From Camelus ferus (lineage: Eukaryota), in contig NC_045697.1 in NCBI RefSeq assembly GCF_009834535.1, positions 10,046,001 through 10,110,000 of the forward strand: a stretch of DNA of 64,000 nt, in the 5' to 3' direction. A program made the translations under genes and the position numbers. The notes under the pieces are model-generated. The model was not told the origin of the DNA, did not search any database, and saw only the letters and a program-made list of their open reading frames with translations. Each line of letters starts with the position of its first letter. Positions within the stretch are counted from its first letter, which is position 1. Shown here in pieces: positions 37,401 to 49,870 of this stretch.

Positions 37401-38891
37401 AGTTTTGTTTCTAGTTTGATTTCTACTTGATTCTGTATGAATCGGCCTTTGTTCCGTGAGTCCCTGAAGCTTCCCTGGGAACTCCAGTGTCCTTTTCCAG
37501 GGTCCCTCATCAAGAACTCTATGGCTGCAGGGAGCATGCGTGGGGCAGTGAATCATCAGACGGAGGGGGTGCGTGTTTGGAATGTGACAGGAAATTATTC
37601 AAATACTGGGAAACATTTGCTGAGCATTTGCCATGTGTTTGGCCCTCGACTTCTACTTCCTGTGTCATGTGGTCTTAGGAGCAGGTGCTCCCTGGTAAAA
37701 AGTAGTGACCTTGCAAGTAGAGAACCCAGGGACCTGTCCGTGCAACCCAGGGTTGGTTACTTAACTCCTCTGTGCTTCGGTTTTCTTTCTGTGAAATAAA
37801 GGTGATACAGGTGGGCTTCATGTGAAGCTTGAGAGTTAATGTAAGTAAAGTATTGTTTTTGTCTCTTATATATGAGAAATTGAAGCTAGCGATAACAAAG
37901 TAACTTGCCCGTGGCCACACGGGGAGGGTGGCTGGAGGGCTGGGTTTGGGAGTAAATGATCAGGCTTTATCATCATGGAGGAAGTCCATTTTCTAACCAT
38001 CACCTCCTTCCCTCATGTGTGCATCCTCTATTCTGCTCTCACAATGGCCTTCTGCGTAAGTATTGTCAACCACTGACCATGAGGATTTAAGACAAAGAAA
38101 TGGAGGCTCAAACACTCACCCAAAGTAACTCACCCAAAGTCCTATACTTAGAAATTAGCAGCGCTGGGGGCTAAGCCCAGGGGTTTGAAGTCCTGGGCTC
38201 TTGTCATGACCCCATGCTCTGCAACGGGCTGGGCCCACACTGCCCCCTGCAGGGAAGAGTGAGCTAGAGAAGGGCATGTTTATCACCAAGGAGGCCCTCA
38301 CTCTGTGCCTGGCCCAGCACCCCAAATCCAGCAGGTCCCTGGGCCCCTGTGTTAATCATTCTCTAGAAGACTCAGATGCACATCAGAGTTTGACAGTCGC
38401 TCTCCTCGGGGCTTTTTGTAAGCTGGGAAAAATCAGACTGTATGGCCTTCCCATCTGACCTTCACCTGAAGAGGTGAAAAGTTCTGTTAAGGACGAGAGA
38501 CTGAGCACTTTGCCCCATTTAAAGCTTTGGATTACTCTGAGGTCAGAACCATTCTTTCAGAGTTATTTACTGTCTTGTTTATATCCCAATGCTTTCCTCA
38601 TCTTTTGGCACGTGTCACCTTCTGAGCCCTGCGAAAGTTTTCTCATCAACCCTTTTGATTGCATCAGGCTTCAATGATCAGCAGATGTGTAGATTCCTTT
38701 CCCTTTGAAGGGTTTTTATTATAAGTCAGTACAACTCAGTGGAATTCATCACCATATTAGAATATCTGTATTCTATAATATAAGAAAGTTACTCAATAAA
38801 CTTCACGCAGAGAAACCAGCAACATGGAGTATTTCCTGTGCTGACTGTGATCAGATTGATTTCTCTGGAGACCAGGGCAACACAGAGAGGT

Positions 38892-38945
38892 GCCAACAGG
38901 GAGATGTCAGCCAACAGGGAGATGTCAGCCAGCAGGGAGATGTCA
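38892..38945 (+). repeat. 18-bp tandem repeat x3 (gccaacagggagatgtca)
   Basis: Three copies with one substitution in the third. Confidence 0.95.
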
Positions 38946-40629
38946 AAACACACACTAGCAACACTAGATGCCTCAAAAAGAGGTCACAGAAGGCGTGGCA
39001 GGGCAGGAACCATTGAACACTGGAAATAATTTTTTTGTGGTGGTAAATGTCAGGATTTGAAGTGAAATAACCCTGCCTTTGAATTCTGCCTTTACCACTT
39101 TCTAACTGCAAAACCCCAAGTATGCCACTTACCTCTCAAGTGTGTGTAGCAGACATAAACAACTCAGCATGGCACCCAAACAACAGGACTTCCTTTTCTC
39201 CCAGCTCTGGTCCATTCAATCCACAAATATTTATTGAGCACCTACTATGTGCCAAGGATTATTTTCGATATAGCAGTGAGGAGCCAAAGCCTCTGCCTTC
39301 ACACTTTTAGAGGAGAAAACAAGAGAATCATAAATCAGAATGTCACTTGGGAGACTGATGCGTGCTCTGAAGAAAATAAAATATGATCACTAGACAGAGG
39401 GACTAGCAGGTGCGGGGATGGGGGTGCCTCTTTCGCTAAGGTGATCAGGGATTGCCTCATCGAGGAAGTGGTAGTCTGCAGTCTTGAATCGTAAGAAAAA
39501 CACAAAAGCCATGGTTAAGCCTCTAACCACGTGACACTAGACAAGTCGCTGAAACTCATTAGACCCCGGTTTCATCACCTGCACCCTGCAGAGCTGGAGT
39601 ATATTTACAGGACTTCTGTTGGCCTGTTTTGTCGCTTTCTTTCCCTGTCTTAGGATCCTATGCCATGAGTAATTGTACAAAAAGAAGGGGAAAAAAATCT
39701 CTGAACCAAACTCTACTATAGTTATTTCATTCTTTCATTCTACTTTCTAGGTTTTTGCAACTGGTTTTTCCTCAACAAAGATAAATTAGTAGTTCCTAAG
39801 TGAATGACGATTAATTAATGATTCTTTTTTAAAAGCTCAAATCATCACGATTCCTAGGGATTACATTGCTGGAAAAGACAAGAACCACTGTATGGCAGAT
39901 GTTTAGGGACGAACTGTGTAGCTTTGCAATGACTTCATGTGTGGCTTTGAGTCTGAAATTGTACATATGTCACTGGAGCCAAGACACGAAGCTGCCAGAA
40001 GTTGGCTGATCCAACCCTCTGTTAGCCAGGAGTCATGTGCATGGCTTTAAAACACAATCCATGGTCTGAAACGTTTCCTTTCTTAAAATGGTGCAGCAGA
40101 CCTCACTTGGGGCCGAGACAGCATCCATCCAAAGTAAGAGTCACAGTGCAGATAACTCGTACCAGAGAAGCCTTTGTCTCCCAATGGACCAAATATTTGT
40201 GGCCAGAGTATTTTTGGCTGTAACAACCCAGATAATTGTCTAATCACTACATTTTGCCATTACTCCCATGCTATAAACCCCAATTATGAATCTACAATTG
40301 AGAATGAGAATTCTGTGTCCCCAGCAACAAAAAATGTACAGGTTAAGGTTTTCGATTTTCAGATACTGATATTGTGTGCTTAATTTATAAAAACATGATC
40401 TCTCCAAATTGAAAACACATTTTTAAAATTGTTTTGAAAACAAGGTCCAATGCTAGACTCCAAGGATTGAAAAAATAAGAGCAAAGAGGATGAGATTTAG
40501 GACGTTGGAGTTAATTAACTGGTAATAGAGAGAGCTGTGGGCAATTCAGTGATGCTCCTAGACACCCTGACGCGATTTTAAGCAGTGAGCTGCTGTCCAG
40601 TAGGGAGAGTAAGGTTTGAGGGGTGGGGG

Positions 40630-40870
40630 AACTACTATTGTGCACTTACTTTTAAGGCAAATAATACTCCAGCATTGTATGTGCATCAGCTCCTTGCCAC
40701 GATCCTAGTGCCGTGTGGCTACTACTCCACTTATTTTACAGATGAGAAACTGAGGCTCAGGGTAGGTGAACAAGGTGAACAAGGAAGTTCACCAGCGAAG
40801 AAGTGGCAGGACCACAATGTGAATCAGGACTGCCTTACTCCACGACCAACCAACATTCCATTCTACTACT
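40630..40870 (-). mobile_element. MIR SINE
   Basis: 'ttattttacagatgagaaactgaggctcagg' core. Confidence 0.85.
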
Positions 40871-41394
40871 CTGCCTTAGAAAGAGAAAGGACTTTTTTTT
40901 TTTGTTTTTCCACATGCCATACACATTCTAGTTAAGTAAAAAGAGAATTTACTATGTGTTTTTGACTGTTGAAACAGCCTCCTGAGGGGAGAGGCTGAGG
41001 AATTGTCTCCCCAAGTTTCCTTCTCCTTTTTCCAACCAAAGACCAAGTCTACAGCCATGCAAGGCAAGATGGCGGTGACAAGTAAAGTTCAGCCATTTTG
41101 CTCTCTCATTCCTCCTCTGTTCTGATTGCTTTGGCAGAAGAGATGTCCAGACTTTTTGGAAGAACCACAGTCACTCAGCTCACAGACTTTGCTGGCCATT
41201 GTCCCACAACTAGGGAGAGGACTCAACTCTGTTCCAGTTTGTGCCCAACCAAAGGAACACCATTCCAATCAATCTATTATCTAATTTGAGCCTGTATGTC
41301 CAATGTTTCAGAACTATAAATCAGGACCAAAATCCCATAAGAAATGGAACACTATTAGAAAGTAAGAATGGCTTTTAAAATTCTGGCTATTAAG

Positions 41395-41868
41395 TGTATC
41401 AATTAGAATTGCATTCATCAATGAGTATCTGAAAGCCTCATTCTTTTCACATATAAGGGGTTTATTTTTCTCATGTAACAGGGATCCCAGAGGTAGGTGA
41501 GCAAAAGATGGTGTAGCTGTTCAGAAGTCACCAGGAAACCAGCCTCCTGTATTCCTACTTCACCAGCATCAGAGTGTGGCTTTTGTCCTTATGATGACAA
41601 GACAGCTGCCACATCTCCAGGTATTGATAGCATATTCCAGACAGGAAGGAAAAGTCTTCTTGTCAAACTTTGCCTTTTTATTTGGGAAGGGAGGCCCTCT
41701 TCTAGGACTCTTTGTGTATCTTATTGGCCAAACTGTGTCCAATGGCAACCCCTAGCTGCAAGGGAGTCTGGAAGTTTGCGTTTCTGTTTCTAGGCTTCAG
41801 TATAGAAAAAGGCAAGGGAAATGTGGATTGGGATGAGTTATAAGCGAGCCAACCTACAGTACTTGTCA
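41395..41868 (-). mobile_element. Old MaLR LTR (MLT1K/L-like)
   Basis: 'gggtttatttttctcatgtaaca...gacaagacagctgccacatctccagg...tcttattggccaaactgtgtcc..cccctagctgcaagggagtctggaag'. Confidence 0.7.
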
Positions 41869-44434
41869 AAATGCTATAAATTCCTATTTCTGAAAGCAAT
41901 AAATTTGGAATTTGGTACATAAGTAGGATGACATTACATAAACATTTCTCAGCTGCATCTATTTGCATACTTACTTGTGAGCATGAAAATATTTCTAAAA
42001 CAAGTCATAAGAAGTAGGTGATGGAAAGACGTAGAGCTGGATGTCAGCTCAGTGTCTGAATTCCAGCTCTCTACCCAGTTAGGTGTGCAGTGTCTCTGGA
42101 CCTCAATTTCTTTTTATTCAAAATAAGAGTAATAATAGCTACCCATCGAATTGCTTTAGAATTAAATTAAATACTATAAAATGAGTATGACAGGTAGAGA
42201 TTTAAGAAATAGTAGCTCCCTTCTCTTTTGTTTTGTGCCTTTTTTTCAGCAAGTGCAAACACCTTCATAAAACGCAACACAGCCAAGAGCTGACAGCTGA
42301 GGAATCAGCTCTTTGATTGCAAGAAATTAGAACAAAGCTGCTGAACGGTGTGTAGCCTTTCTCCATCAGCAACAGCCAAGATTCTTTCATTTTGGTCTTC
42401 ATCACATTATCTTAGCAAACCAGACAAAAATGTCTAAGCGATTTTGTTTTTCAAACTGCATCAGTGTTTCAAAGTGCCATCTGCTTGTGACATGTTACAA
42501 AACAGAGTCAACAGAGCCATTTGGTGACATTTTAAAAAGTGACTTCAGTGTTTGTTACCAAGGGATATAATTCCTAGAATTTGTGCAATTTGTTCTGTGT
42601 TATTGAGATGTGAACTAAAGCCTTCACAGAGATGTTCAGCTGTTTCAATACACGATCTTCATCTTAACTCAGGAAGCCAGGTTTTAAACTGAGTTTCTTT
42701 CCATTTTAATTATCTCCCCATGTCGCTCCAAACTTTCCAGTCAAAGATGGATGTTTCAAGCTTATCACTTTAGAGTCAGGATGGCAAAATTAGAAAGAAG
42801 AAGTGAAATGAACCAAAAAGAATTCACAGATTTGCAGAGTTGAAATCTAACCATCAGCCAAAATCTCATTTCTATCCTCTGGTAAAATGGGAAGAAATGG
42901 TAGAATGCAGTTCAGGGCCATGGGTTCCTGTTCACGTACTAATTCTGTGACCTTTAGTAAGCTATTTAACCTTATTCTCTGGATCCTTACCTGGAAAAAG
43001 GAATGAACATACCTGCCCATCCCATCTCACCTGGTTGAGAAAATGTGCTAGACCTGCCAGTCCATATAATGCCTGAGCTACTCAAGCCTCTTTTGTGATT
43101 TCCCATCTACTGTGGTAGAGTTTGTACCATATTGTAGCATGTGATGGACCCCATGGCCTCCTCAGGCTTCCGTCTGAATCCTCATCTTATTTTTACAGCC
43201 AAATTTTCTTAACCAGAGGCCATCGCTCCTGCCTCCCCCTCTCTTCCATACCCTTAATCTGAGCTTAGCCCACATCAAGCGTCAACCACCCAATGTCAGG
43301 CCCTCTCCTCTCACTGAGCAACTTTCCTCAAGTGTTTCCACGCTGTGCTCATGAATTTCCATAGCACAGTCATTATGCAAATCATGGTCCAAATCACAGT
43401 CCACTATGCAAATCACGCACCTTACTGGTGTCCATTTTGAGAATGAGAACTTTCATATGAAGAATGCAGTCTTCCGTCTTCTCTGAAACTGAGCATCTCC
43501 ATGCAGCCAGAGTGCTACTAAGTTCTGGGCAGAGATGGAGAGAGAGCCCCCTCCCCATGTTGAGTCACCTGGCCCCAGAGGAGTTGTGCTTGTACCCAAA
43601 GACTCAAGTCTTTACTGGAAATGTCTGCCTGAAAAGTTCTCCTGGGAACATTCCTTTAACAACTCTCTCCCTAAAGCCTCAAAACTAGAACAGAAATGAT
43701 TTATACCCTCCACTGTCCTTATGTAGCCCCCTCCCGTAAGCCTCTCACCCTTCATGGTCAGTCTCTCATTTCTAGTTGGTCTTAGCTAGAACACTCTAGA
43801 AATGAATGAAATCTGAGAAATGTGTCACAAGTTTGGAACCCTTCAATCGGTGTAGTTAGGAAATAGTCACTCCCACTTCCTTCCAAGCACAGGATGGCAG
43901 GGGCACACAGGAATGATTTCAGGGAGCAGCTTCTGAAGATAATATGCTTTCTTCACCCCTTTTTGATCCAACAAGATGCTAATAACCTACAAGTTTTATT
44001 TGCTGTGGAAGAACAGAGATGTGTGGCGGTTAGAGGTGGGTCAAGGGAGTCAGGTCAAAGTTATTTCAAGATGGAAGAGACTTGAACATTTGTCCAGGCT
44101 GAGGGCAACCAGTCGGTGGTCGAAGTTGAAAATACCAGAGAATGAAAGAAGGTCATCTGGGAAGGGCAAGAGGTGGGGAGAAACCACCGCCCAGGGCGAA
44201 GGCTTGGTCTTGAACAAGCATGGGTCCTGACTCACACCTGTGTCCACCGAGACAGCAAGCAAGCATGCATGAGAATGTGAACACATCAGGGATGGTGGGG
44301 AAACTGTGGGACTCATGACAATGCTCTGTTTTTCTCTAGGAGGTTGGAACTCGGATGATTGCTTAAGATAAGCACAGTGAGCTGGCTGAGTGTTTGCTTC
44401 GAGCACCCAGACAAGTTCTTGTCATAGAGTAAGC

Positions 44435-44540
44435 AAGAAAGAAAGAAAGAAAGAGGGGAAGGAAGGAAGGAAGAAAAGGAAGGAAGGAAGGAAGGAAGGA
44501 AGGAAGGAAGGAAGGAAGGAAGGAAGGAAGGAAGAAGGAA

Positions 44541-44590
<50 letters not shown>

Positions 44591-44608
44591 AGAAAGAAAG
44601 AAAGAAAA
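44435..44608 (+). repeat. (GAAA)n-(GGAA)n-(GAAA)n polypurine microsatellite
   Basis: About 170 bp of pure purines. Confidence 0.97.
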
Positions 44609-44880
44609 CAAAAAATTATACTCCCTTCTTTCCTCTTGACAGACTGAAATTTATAGCAAATGGTTACCTCCAAAGGCCTCGTATAAAAATAGCCACCATG
44701 ACATCACTTACATATTTTGCATTTTAAGTGAAACACATGAGCCTTCCTGAAACTTTTATTTTAAACCTCGAACTATAATAACCTCCCTAAACGCATCTCG
44801 GTTTGGAAGATAACTTGGCCCAAGAGCAGGCTGTCAAAACGGCCCTCTAACCACACATACTCACTCTCTCTGACCTACAG

Positions 44881-44909
44881 GAATGTTCTGGGACCTCTCC
44901 GGCAAAGAG
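44881..44909 (+). CDS. Candidate 29-nt micro-exon (coding status unproven)
   Basis: Branch-like ctctaac 44845-44851, pyrimidine tract and cag at 44878-44880, exon GAATGTTCTGGGACCTCTCCGGCAAAGAG, donor AG|gtgagt. All three frames are open. Spliced to 5789 it reads MPRKGMFWDLSGKE. Confidence 0.35.
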
Positions 44910-45489
44910 GTGAGTGCAGGAGGGAAATGCAACTCTGGGAGATTTTGATTTCCATGTTGTAAAAATTGTTGCCGGCCTGACAAATGAGACGGGGATAATC
45001 TAAAACATGGACCGTTTGCATGTTTGGCCTTTGAAGATGTTAATGAGTATCAGCTTTCCTGGACCAAACCAGGTTCTTAGCTTCCAAATGTTTCAGATTT
45101 AGACTGTCTTCGTTTGAACATTTAAAAGCGTAAGGGTCATTTTGGGGAGGTTTCGTGCTGAGACTTGAGGGCAGCTGGCAGGCAGACCAGAGCAGGCGGT
45201 GCCTGCTTTCTTCCCCACCCAGCCACCGCTGGCCCAGAGCAGGATGGGAGGAACACAGATGCCACAGGCAGGTCTAGACTTGGCCAGTGTTTCAGGGCTC
45301 CCAAGAGGAGGATTCTCTGGTGAGAACTAGGGTTAGGAGTTTGGGATTTCTTGAACCCTGATTTTCTCTCTCTTTCTCATCTTTCTGTCTTTCCCTCGCT
45401 CTCATCTCTTGTAAACAAGTAAGTCTGGTCTCTTTGGCTTGTCTTTTAGGACCTCTGGTCATTCACAAGACCAGTACGGCCCTAGAGAG

Positions 45490-46080
45490 GCAGGAGGAAG
45501 TCTCCACAAAATGCCTGGCACTATCCTGGGCACTTGGGACAGAGCTGTACTCAAAACAAACTCCCTCACGCCAGACCCTTTAGGCCAGTGGAGGGATAGA
45601 CAGACAAGCAAAGAACACGCCGAGATGTGTGTATGTCAGAGGTGATGGGGACCATAAAGGAGGAAGAGGGGTAAGAGACGGCAGGTGTGCTGCGTCAGAC
45701 AGGTGGGTCGGAGAAGGCGGGGGCCGTGGAGAGCCAACATTGGAGCAGAGACTTGACGGCGGAGAGGATGAGCCACACCAGCAGCTGGAGAAGAGCGCTC
45801 TGGGCTGCGGAGTAACAGGCAGGGGAGAAGGCAGGATTGAGGACTTTGACTTGGTGCAGGAACAGGAGGATACCAGGTGGCCGGAAAGAAGCACAGGAGG
45901 TAGACATGTGAGGTCAGGAGGGAGTGGGGACCGAGAGCATCTAAGGCCTCTTCCAAGGCTTTGAGCTTCATCCTGAGGGATGCTCGAAGTGATTTGAGCA
46001 AGAGAGTGACACGTTCTGCCTTAAATTCTGTAAGACCCCTCTGACGGCTGTTTGGAAAATGGGCTGTTTGATAGCAAGTC
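45490..46080 (-). mobile_element. L2 LINE 3' fragment
   Basis: 'atgcctggcactatcctgggcacttgggac...gatttgagcaagagagtgacacgttctgccttaaattctgtaagacccctctgacggctg'. Confidence 0.7.
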
Positions 46081-46863
46081 TAGATAGATTACATCACCCC
46101 AGCTCCGGCGCTCAGTAGGCGTGCTGGGACCATCGTGGTTTCAACAAGAGCAGACTCCCTTGAGAAAGCATTCACAGGCCGCAGTATATGGACATGCACT
46201 TAAAAGTCTGATGATATTCACCTTGCAGATGGCATGTTACATTACACGGCTCTGCTGAAGGACAGACAAACCACATCCTAGCCCAGTGATAAAATGCAGT
46301 GAACTTGACCTTCTGTTTGTGGCATGTTATTTCACCAGCCAGAAAGCTCAAATACCAGACTGTTATGTTCCAAACCAGACCTAGAAGCCAAAAGAAAAAA
46401 CTGTCTGTCTTTGTTTTCCCTGGACCTGCCTCTCCTGGCAATCGGAGAGCTATCCCCAGAGAGCATGAAGGATGTCTCCATCCCAGTCCAGCCCACCAGG
46501 GGTCTGGGGTCCTTCTCAGGCATTTGTGACCAAAGCACCAGCTGTAACAAGATGTTCCTTTGCTTGGCTTGTCTCTTGTGCATGAGACTCTTTGAAGGGC
46601 CATGTGGAGGGAGGCTGACCACAGAAACCAGCTAATTGAAGACTTAGATATAAGAAGTCATGAGTCCCAATTAAATATTGTTTATCAGCATTGTTAGCTT
46701 TCTTTAATTATTTCATCAACAAATACGTGTCCCTAACACTCACCAAACACTGTTCTAGACGGTTAGTACTTGGCAACCAAAAGCACAAATGAAAATACCT
46801 GGCCTCGTGCATCTTACGTTTTATGGGAGAAGAGAGATGGTATAGAATAAGTAAAGTACACAG

Positions 46864-47359
46864 TGCCAATTTTTTTTTTAAAAAGCACAACATAAGAGTT
46901 GCAAGTTATGTTTTATTCAGGGAAATTACTGAGGACTAGAACCCAGGAGACAGATTCTCAGATTGCTCTGAGGAACTGTTCCAAAGAGGTAAGGGAGGAG
47001 CCACAATATATAGGAGTTTTGCTTAAAAAACAAACAACAACAAAACATGTAATCAAACGTCAAAAGATTTAGTGCTAATCACAAAAAACAGACATCTCAA
47101 GTTAATGATTTCAGTACTTTTCTACGTGTGGGAAGTTGCAAGTGTCTTGGCTCAGAGAAATTGCTCCTTTGATGTGCATCTAACCATCCAGGGCCAGTGC
47201 TCTGTTTTTCTCCATCCTCAACTCCCCTCCGGGTGCACATCTTGGGTGGCTGCAGCAGCTGATGGCTTAATGGCCACAATATCCTGTGTTTCCCGGAACC
47301 GGCAGGCAACCTTCTTTGTTTACTAAAGTGGCAGGCAACATATTTTTTTTTTATCCACA
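46864..47359 (-). mobile_element. ERV1 solo LTR, MER41-like (cetartiodactyl)
   Basis: TG...CA ends. 'gttttattcaggg..ttactgaggact..cccaggagacag..tctcaga.tgctctgaggaactgttccaaagaggt...gacatctcaagttaatgatttcagt.cttttct' resembles the recalled MER41 family. GAS site TTCCCGGAA at 47290-47298. Confidence 0.75.
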
Positions 47360-47584
47360 ATATTATGTTAGATAATGATACATGTAATGGAGAAAACAAA
47401 GTTAAAAGGGGATTTGGAATGGTTGCATTTGCAATTTGAAGAAGAGTGGTCAGGAGAGGCCTCACTGGCAAAGTGAAATTTGAGTGCAAACCTAAAACAA
47501 GTGATAGAACAAAATGATGAGATAGGTACAGATACAGGCACAGATGTAGGTGTAGGTGTAAGTGGGTATAGATGATAGAAAGAA

Positions 47585-47932
47585 TGTAAGAAAATGAAAC
47601 AGAAACCTCAATTAAAGAAAATTAGGACGCCAAAAGGGGGCGCTCTTATGCGCTGTGATGATCAGTCCAACAAGAGAAGAGGCCCCTCTTCTTTCCTGGC
47701 AAGGACTCGGCCAATAATAAGCCATGGACTCTTAGTTTACCAGACCCCTCCAAACTTTCTTTTCTCCTCTGTTAAAGAAAGATCTCCTTCCCCTGCCATA
47801 TGAAGACTTGTCCATGGCTCCCTGTGGTTGTGCAGACCACAAACTGCAGTTCTCTGCTGATCCTGAATAAATCCTTTTTTAAAATATATTTGCTGGAGAA
47901 ATAACTGGCTGACTGACTGTTTTAGGTCAACA
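47585..47932 (+). mobile_element. ERV1 solo LTR (MER34/MER39-like)
   Basis: tgtaag...tcaaca ends (the 5' end could start at 47573), CCAAT 47711-47715, AATAAA 47866-47871. Confidence 0.7.
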
Positions 47933-48034
47933 AAAGATGACAGAGCTATTGGTAGAGACAGACAGAGGTGTAGGTGTTGATATAGGAAGACGGAGGTGCA
48001 GGTGGAGGGTGGATAACATAGACACAGGTGTAGA

Positions 48035-48890
48035 TGATCACAATTCTGACGCCATTTACAGTGTGTGCAGATTTTCCCCCAAGGAAGTTCTCTGTGACAC
48101 CAGTTGTGATTCTGCTCCACTGGGAGTCCTACAGTTCAACTCCACTCTGACGTTATCTACCCAGACCCACAAGTTACAGGCTGTCTCACAAGGCCACCCC
48201 CCAACTTTAGATGCCAACTGCAAGTCTGGATTGGCACCTGGGCTTCTCACAGACCAGCTGTAGATTAGAGGTTCCAATGAGCACCTCCTTGGGTTCCATT
48301 AAATTGCTAAAGAAGCTCTCAGAACTCAGAGAAACATTTTACTCACTTGATTACCAGTTTATTATAAAAGGAATATAACTCAGGAACCGCCAGATGGAAG
48401 AGCCACAGAGGGCAGGAGATATGGGGGGGGGACAAAGCTCCCGTACTCCCCAAGGGCACTGCTGTCCCTAAGTCTCCTTGTGCTCGCCAATCCAAAAGCT
48501 CTCGGAATCCCCTCCTGTAGGTTTTTGTGGAGGCTTCATTACATAGGTATGATTAAATTATTAGCCATCAGATTGAAGTCAATCGCTGGCCCTTCTCCCT
48601 TCTCCTGAGGTGGGGATAAGGGGTGGGGGGCAGAGGGTGGGGTGTGGGGCTGAAAGTTCCAACCTTCTAATCCAAGGGTTTGGCTCCACTGGCAACCAGA
48701 CCCTACCCTTAGGAGCTTTCCAAAAATGAACCTAATTAACATAGCAGAAGACTACTTTAGCACTCTCCTCACTTAACAAATTGCAAGAGTGTTAGAAAGT
48801 CTGTGCCAGAGCCCAACAGACCAAATAGATACTTCTTATTATATATGTATATCACATATCACATATATATATATATATCACAATATCACA
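48035..48890 (-). mobile_element. MER21-like solo LTR
   Basis: 'agaactcagagaaacattttac..accagtttattataaaagga.tataactcaggaac.gccagatggaagag...ggaggcttcattacataggtatgatt...ggctgaaagttccaacc.tctaatc'. Confidence 0.8.
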
Positions 48891-49659
48891 ATAAGATACA
48901 TAGGCATATGTACAGATACAGATCTAGACACACATCTGAGAAAAAAGCTTCCCAGGCAGGAAGAAGAGTGTGTGCAAATACCCTGTGGCAGGAATCTGCT
49001 TAAGGAGCAGCACAGAAACAGTATGCTTGGAGCCAAATGAATGAAGGAGAGAGGAGTATGAGGTAACATAGTGGGAAGGGAAGGCCCGTGGCTCATTCTA
49101 AGCCTTTAATTTTCACACTAAGAAGGGTCATGTGGACAGGGAGTCACAACTGTATTGCTCAGTTGAGTGGCTTCCACAAGGGCAGGAGCAAGGAGACCAG
49201 GTGGACGTGGTTACAATAATCCCGGCAGGAGATAACATGGAGAGGGACAACGGTGACGGCAGTGAGACGGTGAGAAATGGTGAGATATAAGGCTGAAGGA
49301 GAGCCCAAAGGATGCTAATGTGGGATTCCTGGGAGAGAAGAGCATCAAATAGCTTTGTGATGGGCCTCAGGCAAGTGATTTGGGCTGAGTCTCTGAAAGA
49401 ATTTGCTACCCATTAGTGAGATGGGGAGAGTGGGGGCAGCAGGTGGGGAGGGAGACACACGGGGCTGTGGAGGAAGGACCCTGACAAGGATTTTGGTGGA
49501 GCAGTGGGACAGAAGCCTGATGGAGTAGGTCTGAGAGAGAATGGGAGGAAGGAAACTAGATAGTGAGTCAAGAACACTGATTCAAGGAGTTTACTATAAA
49601 GGGACACTGAGACATGAGTCAGTGACCGGAAATGGAAGTGTCTGGAAAAGGTAACATAT

Positions 49660-49833
49660 TGTAATGTATCTAGTATCTGTCATATATATCACTACATATA
49701 TGGAATTTGCTTTATATACTTCTAGACATTATTATATTATACTCTATGTATATGCATTGCTACATAGACAATTTCTATAGAATATATGTAATGTATATGT
49801 TATATATGTGTGTGTGTGTATATATGTATATAT

Positions 49834-49864
<31 letters not shown>

Positions 49865-49870
49865 AATTAT
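49660..49870 (+). repeat. TA/TG-rich low-complexity tract
   Basis: Degenerate (TATG/TA)n. Confidence 0.8.

Noticed and set aside
38892..38945. Short direct repeats (also 54475-54550 and 62842-62888) as a CRISPR-like array
   Set aside because: The units are head-to-tail with no unique spacers, in a mammalian context.
44363..44673. Low-complexity ORFs (FLSFF, KEGRK)
   Set aside because: These are translations of the GAAA/GGAA microsatellite.
45450..45485. Acceptor ttgtcttttag|GAC as the next exon after the micro-exon
   Set aside because: The continuing frame hits TAG after 11 codons, there is no good donor, and the sequence runs into an L2.
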